64,000 bases of DNA. Origin: an uncultured Chloroflexia bacterium (GTDB lineage: Bacteria > Chloroflexota > Anaerolineae > Anaerolineales > Villigracilaceae). Under the pieces are notes generated by a model, which saw only the letters and a program-made list of their open reading frames with translations, searched no databases and was not told the origin of the DNA. Positions within the stretch are counted from its first letter, which is position 1, and the number at the start of each line of letters is the position of its first letter. The DNA lies in contig CAWJYP010000003.1 in the NCBI GenBank assembly GCA_963847105.1, positions 558,409 to 622,408 of the forward strand. The letters are read 5' to 3'. Of the stretch, positions 57,515-64,000 are shown piece by piece. The position numbers were made by a program, and so were the translations under genes.

Positions 57515-59455
57515 CTAATGGGTTCCGATCACCTGCACCTCGATCCACGATATCCAGGACGGGCTGAGAGTCGTCTCGATGCGCACAAACCGTAATCCCT
57601 CCAGCGGGGTATTTGGCTGGAAGACCAGCCACTCCCTGTCAGATGTGTTTTGGTTGAATATGGTTGCCTCTGTGAATTCACCCGTTTCTCCTCGCACCAT
57701 GATTTTATGGGTGGTCTCCCCGTTGGGGGATTGCCCGATGAGCAAGCGGATCTCGCTTATGCTTGCCGTCGCGCCCAGGTCCACTTCGATCCATTGCGGG
57801 GAAAAGTCCCCGGCACCCCAATAGGTCTCTTCATCTCCATCCACTGCCAATTCTGGAGGATTTTGCATGCTGTTCGAGGCGTGAACAGACTGGTTCAAGG
57901 CCAAATTCCCGGAGGAGGGCAGATCCAGCGCAGCCGCGACTTTTTCCTGTTCCGTGGGGCAGAGGTCTTCGTGCCCATTGGCGCAGAATTCGATATCTCC
58001 GCCTACCATCGTCATCAGGACAGACAGGTCTCTCAGCATGGTCGGGTCAATCGAAAGCGGATTCCCCGTGATCACGATCAGGTCTGCATATTTCCCAACC
58101 TTCAGGCTGCCAATGTAGTCTTCCATTGAGACTGCCCAGGCCGGTTCGGTTGTCACCATTTCCAGAGCACGCTCGACACTGATTACCCTGGCTGCCGCAA
58201 TTGGATCCGGTGTGCAGGTTTCATTCTCTGAGCTGTCATAACGATGAGTGACCAGGCCATACAGGTGCATGAACGGGTCGAGGGTGCGCTGATCAAAACG
58301 GTTGTCCGGATCGATTAACCAGCCAAAATCCGTTTCGAGGAAGGCGTGGGTACCCAGGTTCGCCAATTCAAAACGGTTCACATACCAATCCTTGCGTTCG
58401 GACCCAAAGGCGGGTTCAAAGTCTGCCAGATTGCACAGCTCAATGTGGCCACGCACAGTGGCAGCCACGTCCAGCGCCTGGTAGCGCTGCAGAAGGTCGG
58501 GGCGGATCATACTGTTGTGATCGATCTGGTGCCGGTAGGACTGGTTCGACTGCCCGCCCAATGCAAATTCAATGGCGTTGAGGGCGGTCTCGATGGCACG
58601 GTCGCCCATGGCATGGAAAGCAACACGGTAGCCAGCTTCCTGCGCCGCTCGCACCACCTGGTTTAGATCATCCTGTTTCCAGTACAGGTCCCCGCTGGGT
58701 GTTCCGCACACCCCACGGTTGAGCACTCCTGCCTCGGGCTGGAATGGGTCCGTCATTGCCCAGCAGCCGCGCTCGTAGCGGGCATTGTCACCGTCCACGA
58801 AGATCTTGATACCCGGGATGCGCACCATGCTCGCCGGGTTCAGGATCGGGTCATGGGCGGGGTACCAGGTCTGCATCAGGATCCTGCCCCGATCATTGGC
58901 CAGGATGCCGTCGTTGTAGCTCGGAAAGAGGTTCACCCGCAGGCGCATTCTATCCTGCTGTTCGGCCTCCAGAAAGGAATTTACTACATCCTCATTGGCC
59001 CACATCTCGCTCACCGAGGTGAACCCGTGTGAAAGGGCAACCTGCTGGGCATCTTCGAGTGTCTTTCCCATGCGGTCAGGAAATGTTAGCAAATGGGTAT
59101 GGCCATCAATAAGGCCCGGCATCAAAGTCCGGCCTTGTAGATCCACCAGCGTGGTTTCCGATCCCTGAAGGGTGAGCACCTGCACGTCGCTGCCAACCGC
59201 TAAGATCAGGCCGGCGCGCACCGCCAATGCCTGCGCGGCCGGCTGGTCTTCATCCATGGTGACCAGGATCCCGTTGTAAAAGATGATATCCGCTGGCTCG
59301 GTGATGGTGGGAGTGGGTTTTACAACAGGAGGTGCGGTGGCTGGGACAGCCGGTTGAGGGGTGACTTCAGTTTCCGTAGCCGGCGTGCTGCATGCGCAGA
59401 GAAGAAACAGGACAATGAAAGGGATGCTGCTTGTGGATTGATTTTTTGGTTTCAT
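57515..59455 (-). CDS. Lipoprotein amidohydrolase (YtcJ-like, Amidohydro_3) with a C-terminal F5/8 type C (discoidin) domain
   Basis: ATG at 59455 follows GGAGG. Lipoprotein signal: MKPKNQSTSSIPFIVLFLLCAC. Motifs: LMPGLIDGHTHL and AFHAMGDRAIE. C-terminus: NLALNQSVHASN...AVDGDEETYWGA...QWIEVDLGATASISEIRL. Confidence 0.8.
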   Translation of the reverse strand: MKPKNQSTSSIPFIVLFLLCACSTPATETEVTPQPAVPATAPPVVKPTPTITEPADIIFYNGILVTMDEDQPAAQALAVRAGLILAVGSDVQVLTLQGSETTLVDLQGRTLMPGLIDGHTHLLTFPDRMGKTLEDAQQVALSHGFTSVSEMWANEDVVNSFLEAEQQDRMRLRVNLFPSYNDGILANDRGRILMQTWYPAHDPILNPASMVRIPGIKIFVDGDNARYERGCWAMTDPFQPEAGVLNRGVCGTPSGDLYWKQDDLNQVVRAAQEAGYRVAFHAMGDRAIETALNAIEFALGGQSNQSYRHQIDHNSMIRPDLLQRYQALDVAATVRGHIELCNLADFEPAFGSERKDWYVNRFELANLGTHAFLETDFGWLIDPDNRFDQRTLDPFMHLYGLVTHRYDSSENETCTPDPIAAARVISVERALEMVTTEPAWAVSMEDYIGSLKVGKYADLIVITGNPLSIDPTMLRDLSVLMTMVGGDIEFCANGHEDLCPTEQEKVAAALDLPSSGNLALNQSVHASNSMQNPPELAVDGDEETYWGAGDFSPQWIEVDLGATASISEIRLLIGQSPNGETTHKIMVRGETGEFTEATIFNQNTSDREWLVFQPNTPLEGLRFVRIETTLSPSWISWIEVQVIGTH

Positions 59456-59787
59456 ATATCCTCCTTTAATAAAACCACTCTGTGAAAATAATAGCATACA
59501 AGATGGCTCCTTACAAGCAGCTGCAGTTTCCCAGAAAGGAGGTGAAGATCCATTCACGTGTCTATCCAATGGTAGAGGAAAAACTCTACCCGTTCCAAAT
59601 GAATTAGTCTTACCCTCTCGACTCTATGATTATCCAACTATTCAACACCCCTTGGATGCACTGTTTATACGGATAACAGCATGTCTGGAGGGGGTTCCGC
59701 TTATTGAATTGTTTTTGTGATTCTATAAGATAAGAACTCGAAGAATAATCCGTTAAGTTGGTTGGGAAAGTATAATAGAACTGGATC

Positions 59788-62563
59788 GTGAGTCGAAATT
59801 TCCCATCTTTAAATCCAGCACAAAAAAGTGAACATGTGACAGTACCCATTCTTTCCACCAAGCTTTATCTTCCGCATCCACTAACGAATGGCGTCCAGCG
59901 ACCGCGTCTCGCCTCTAAACTGCTGGCGGGTGTTGCACATTCTGGTACGTGGACACTGCTCTCCGGGCCGGCGGGATTTGGAAAAACCACCCTGCTGGGT
60001 GAATTCATCGAACAATACCGGCAGTCCGTGGCATGGTTATCCCTGGATACGGCGGACAACGACCCGATCCGGTTCTGGACCTATTTCATTGCGGCCTGCC
60101 AATCGGTCCGTCTTGGAGTAGGGGAGGCGGCCCTGGCGCTTTTCCGCACGCCCCAGCCGGTCCCCGAAGATGCGGTTCCAACAATCCTGATCAATGATAT
60201 GGCGGGGCAGGAACACGACCTTATTCTGATCCTGGATGATTATCATGTCATCCAGAATCAAGCCATCCATTCCGGAGTATCCTATCTTCTCGATCATCTC
60301 CCGGATCATCTGCATATCATCTTTTCCACACGAATTGATCCCCCCTGGCCCCTGGCCCGCTTCCGCTCACGGGGGCAGTTGACCGAAATTCGTGCGGCTG
60401 ATCTGCGCTTCACAGAAGAAGAAGCCGCGAATTTCCTCAACCAGACGATGGGGTTGAACCTGTCCACAAAGGAAATTGCATCCCTGGAGACGCGCACAGA
60501 GGGCTGGATTGCCGGGCTCCAGCTGGCGGGCCTTTCGATGCGCGGGCGGGAAGATATTGCCGGCTTCGTCAAAGCCTTTACCGGCAGCCATACGTACGTG
60601 GCGGAATATCTGGTGGAGGAAGTGCTCCAGCATCAATCGGAGGACATGCAGACTTTCCTGTTACAGACCTCGATCCTGGAGCGCCTTAGTGCGAGTTTGT
60701 GCGACAAAGTCACAGGGCGAAAGGATGGGCAGGCTGCCCTGACCGCATTGCAGCGGGCGAACCTGTTCGTCCTGTCGCTGGATGATGAGAGCCACTGGTT
60801 TCGCTACCATCACCTGTTTGCCGATCTGCTGCAGGCGCGTCTCCAGCAAACGTTGACACCCGATGAAGTCAGAGGATTGCACGGGCGTGCGGCAGCCTGG
60901 TATGAACAGAATGGATTTCGCCGTCGAGGCGGTCGATCACGCGCTGGCGGCAAAGGATTACGACCTGGCGGCGCAGTTGATCGAGCAGAACACCTACCCG
61001 CTGGTGACGCGCGGCGAGCTGGCCACCTTGATCCGCTGGATCGAAGCGCTGCCGGCCGAAGTGAACCGCCGGCCGCACTTCCTCCTGGCCAAGGCTTGGG
61101 CGCTGCTCTTCGCGGGAGACGCAGTACAGATCGGAATGTTATTGGGCCAGATGGATGCGCAAATTGAACCCGGTCAAACTTCTCCCGAGGTGGCGGAACT
61201 GCAGGGCAGCGCTGCTGCGATCCGTGCGTTCTTTGCGTTGATGGCCGGGGATCACGTCCATGCCCTGCAACTCGCGGAACAGGCCGAGAAGTTGCTGCCT
61301 CCGGCTGCTTCCAAAGCCGACCAGCCCAATCCATTCCTGTACGCGGCGCACAGCGTCCTCCCGTATACGCTGCGGCATAGCCCATCGAAGCCAGGGACAA
61401 TACGAGCAGGCCGCCCAGGCATTCGGGGAGGAAGTCGAGATGTTCGCGGCCCCGGAAGATTTGCTGGGATGGACGATCGCCACGATCGAGATAGCCGTCC
61501 TCCGGCGTATGCAGGGAAGGCTGCACAGAGTCGGAGGATATTTGCCGCAAGGCACTGCAGCGGATCTCCGACGTGAGGGCTTACCCTTCGGGCTCGCTGG
61601 CACGGGTAGATTCCGCCCTCAGCGAAGTATTACGCGAGCACAATGAATTGGACGAGGCCGGCGAGCGGATACACGGCGCGCTCGAGCGTATGCGCACCTG
61701 GAATATGCCGACCGACCGTTTGGCTGCTCTTCTAGGCCTGTTGCGACTTCAGCTGAGCCTGGGCGACTTTTCCGCCGCCCATGAGACCATGCGGCAGGCA
61801 AAAGAACTGAGGAGCGGCAACCCGGTCTTCCTGGACCTGTCACGCTCCCTGGATATCCTGGAGATCCGCCTGGCCCTGGCAGAGAGGGACCTTGCGGGCG
61901 CTGCCCGACTGATGGATGCCATGCAGCCAGGCACGAACCCCATCGTCTTTTTACGCGAGCAGGAACTGATCCTTTTGGCCCGCTTGCGCCTGGCCGAAGG
62001 CCGACCTGACGAGGCGCTTGCCATCCTGGCCCCGATAGCACTCGAGGCTGAAGCCGGCGGACGGGGGTATGCCTGGCTCGAGATCCTGGTGCAGCAAGCC
62101 CTTGCCCTGGAAGGAAAGGGGGATCGGGCAGCCGCACTGAAAGTGCTGTTGCGGGCCCTACCATTCGCCAGCACGGAAGGCTTTGTTCGCCTCTTTGTCG
62201 ACGAGGGGACGGTGATGCGCGATTTGCTGGCAGCTGCGGCACTACAACCGTGGGTGGAGGCAGATGCCGGGTATCTTGCGAAACTCCTGCAGGCGTTCCC
62301 GTCTGGTGAAAAACCAGGTGAATTGCCTCCTGTGAATTCAAGAGGGGACAGGTTTGATCGAGCATCTGACCGCACGTGAACTGGAAGTCCTGAAACTCAT
62401 CGCCGCCGGTGATTCGAACCAGACGATCGCAGAAAAACTGGTGATCACGGTCAGTGCGGTGAAGAAGCACACCGGCAATATCTTCGGCAAGCTGAATGTC
62501 AACAGCCGAACTCAGGCAGTTGTCTGTGCCCGCCAGCTCGGGCTGCTTCCCGTGGACGGATAA
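59788..62563 (+). pseudogene. MalT/LuxR-type STAND ATPase transcriptional regulator broken by four frameshifts
   Basis: Motifs: P-loop GPAGFGKTTL, Walker B LILILDDYH, and C-terminal LuxR HTH LTARELEVLKLIAAGDSNQTIAEKLVITVSAVKKHTGNIFGKLNV. The reading frame must change at four points:
- About 60919: WYEQNGF|AVEAVDHALAAKDY.
- About 61373: LPYTL|GIAHRSQGQYEQAAQAF.
- About 61530: GRLHR|SEDICRKALQRISDV.
- About 62344-62347, a GGGG run: NSRG|TGLIEHLTARE. Confidence 0.75.
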
Positions 62564-62594
62564 ATTCTCCTTTCCATACATTGCATGTTCTCAG

Positions 62595-62628
62595 GCGGAG
62601 GTGTACTTTGGTACACCTCCGCTTTTTT
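62595..62628 (+). terminator. Strong rho-independent terminator after the LuxR-type gene
   Basis: A perfect 12-bp stem (gcggaggtgtac / gtacacctccgc) with a tttg loop, followed by tttttt. Confidence 0.8.
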
Positions 62629-62715
62629 GTCTCCCGACCAAAGATACCTCCTTGGTACAGTGACTTATTCTTCCTGACATCTTATAGTATGGGTACATCA
62701 AACAAGGAGAATGAA

Positions 62716-63461
62716 ATGACCGTACAATTAGAAACCATTCAATCAACAAGTTCAGAAATCGAAGATCCCTCCTGGAAGCGCCTCTACAAAGTTGGCGGAA
62801 TTGCCGCCATGGCAGTTGTCGCAATCGCTTTGATCCAGGCGCCCATCTTCATCCTCTTCCCGCAACCGACCACCGTCATCGGCCACTTTGCCCAGTTCCA
62901 GAGCAGCAGGCTGCTTGGCCTTGTCGATCTCGATCTTATGCTGATGTTGGCGGAGGTATTCACGATACCGATCCTGTTCGCTCTTTATGCCGCCCTCAAG
63001 AAGGTACAACCCCGCTGCTTTGGCCATTGCGTTGACCCTGGGCCTGAGTGGGATCGTCCTTTTCTTTGCCGTGAATCCGACCTTCGCGATTCATATACTT
63101 GAGCGACCAATATGCAGCGGCAACAACGGATTTGCAGCGGGGTGCGTTCCTGGCTGCCGGGGAAGCATTGACAGCCAACTACAACGGCACCGCCTTTGGC
63201 TTGTACTTTATCCTGAGCGGAATTGCGGATCTGATCATCGCGGCGGTCATGCTGCGGAGTGGTATTTTCAGCAAGGCGACTGCCTGGGTTGGGATGGTGG
63301 TGGGTGCTATGTTGCTCGTGCCGCCTCTGCCGTTTCTAGGTACCTTCGCTCTTGTCCTTTCGTACATCGTCATCCTGCCTTCCCTGATCTGGAACATCCT
63401 GATCGCCATCCGGCTTTTCCGCCTGGGGCGTTCCGGCCCGAAAATGGAAATCTCGCAATAA
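62716..63461 (+). pseudogene. DUF4386-like polytopic membrane protein broken by two frameshifts (about 63007 and about 63095-63099)
   Basis: AAGGAGA lies 5 nt upstream of ATG 62716. Three consecutive frames give ...ILFALYAALKKV|NPAALAIALTLGLSGIVLFFAVNPTFAIHI|LSDQYAAATTDLQRGAFLAAGEALTANYNGTAFGLYFILSGIADLIIAAVMLRSG... The family name is from memory. Confidence 0.6.
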
Positions 63462-63486
63462 CCATCGAATCGAAAAGGAGCCCTAC

Positions 63487-64000
63487 ATGAATCAAATTGT
63501 TCTTATCACAGGTTGTTCCACCGGCATCGGTCGCAATCTGGCGGAAAGGTTGGGCCGGCAGGGTTACATCGTCGTGGCGACGGCCCGAAATGTGAAAACA
63601 CTGGAAGATCTCCCGGTAGCGATGAAGCTTCCGCTGGATGTGACCCGGCCGGATTCCATCCGGGAAGCGATTGGACAGGTTATCCGAGGCTGCGGCCGGA
63701 TTGATGTTCTGGTCAATAATGCCGGTTATGCTGTTCGCGGTGCGGTCGAAGAGGTCCCGGTCGAGCAGGCGCAGCAGATGTTCGATGCCAATGTGTTCGG
63801 GGTGATGCGGATGGTCCAGGCGGTCGTCCCGTACATGCGCCAACAAAAAGCCGGGCGGATCATCAATATCAGTTCGGTTTCCGGCAAGCTGGTCACCCCC
63901 GCAAACGGGATCTACTCCGCCTCCAAGTTTGCACTGGAAGGCCTGAGCGATGCCCTGCGAATGGAGCTGGCCCCCTTCGGCATCCAGGTCGCGCTGGTAG
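63487..64000 (+). CDS. SDR family oxidoreductase (5' part; runs off the window end)
   Basis: ATG follows AAAGGAG. Motifs: VLITGCSTGIGRNLA, NNAG, YSASKFALEGLSDALRMEL. Confidence 0.8.
   Translation, partial: MNQIVLITGCSTGIGRNLAERLGRQGYIVVATARNVKTLEDLPVAMKLPLDVTRPDSIREAIGQVIRGCGRIDVLVNNAGYAVRGAVEEVPVEQAQQMFDANVFGVMRMVQAVVPYMRQQKAGRIINISSVSGKLVTPANGIYSASKFALEGLSDALRMELAPFGIQVALV

Noticed and set aside
60810-62581. Long minus-strand ORFs (246, 208 and 320 aa) across the MalT/LuxR region.
   Set aside because: These are extremely Arg/Pro/Ser/Ala-rich shadow frames of 65-70% GC DNA. The plus strand reconstructs a coherent STAND-LuxR regulator.

Overview
This is a gene-dense 64-kb bacterial chromosomal segment. 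It is mostly GC-rich: my hand counts of single 60-nt lines give about 55-68% G+C. One block at about 48.8-55.3 kb is visibly AT-richer, with lines of 25-52%. I count about 55 protein-coding genes and saw no rRNA, tRNA or CRISPR array. All family assignments come from motifs I recognise in the supplied translations; no database search was possible. The lineage cannot be established from the sequence alone. Thr/Pro-linker lipoproteins, HisKA_3 kinases and a LacI-PBP/HK/REC/AraC fusion feel Chloroflexota-like, but that is a guess.

Content from left to right:
- A divergent PurA-like gene, MgtC and a GNAT acetyltransferase.
- A small ORF followed by three tandem phage-tail-collar (MdpB-like) paralogs, with no other phage genes nearby.
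- A giant membrane-anchored beta-helix protein and a repeat-rich Ig-like adhesin. Together they span about 7 kb and may once have been a single gene.
- An HK-RR-(kinase lacking its ATPase domain)-REC cluster.
- An M28 peptidase, methyltransferases and DUF1801/YdeI proteins.
- A frameshifted sulfatase-like gene.
- An ECF sigma / anti-sigma / DUF5666-like module.
- A 1215-aa one-polypeptide LacI-PBP + histidine kinase + receiver + AraC regulator, next to a GH30 hydrolase and a sugar ABC importer.
- A desaturase, an MFS transporter, a PabB-PabC fusion, DUF362, galT, and a second ECF sigma with YciE/YeaQ stress genes.
- A KDSR-like reductase next to a serine-palmitoyltransferase-like alpha-oxoamine synthase, which is a possible sphingoid-base module.
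- An IS256-family transposase remnant.
- An AT-rich block carrying a VTC-domain / DUF4956 / CotH-kinase operon.
- A GH13 gene remnant, an amidohydrolase-discoidin lipoprotein, and a heavily frameshifted MalT/LuxR-type regulator.

Two loci look most worth following up as undescribed systems: the VTC-DUF4956-CotH operon in foreign-looking DNA, and the tail-collar triplet beside the giant fibre-like surface protein. The window also contains at least 11 reading-frame breaks in 6 genes and one in-frame nonsense codon. I cannot tell from the sequence whether these reflect real gene decay or assembly error.
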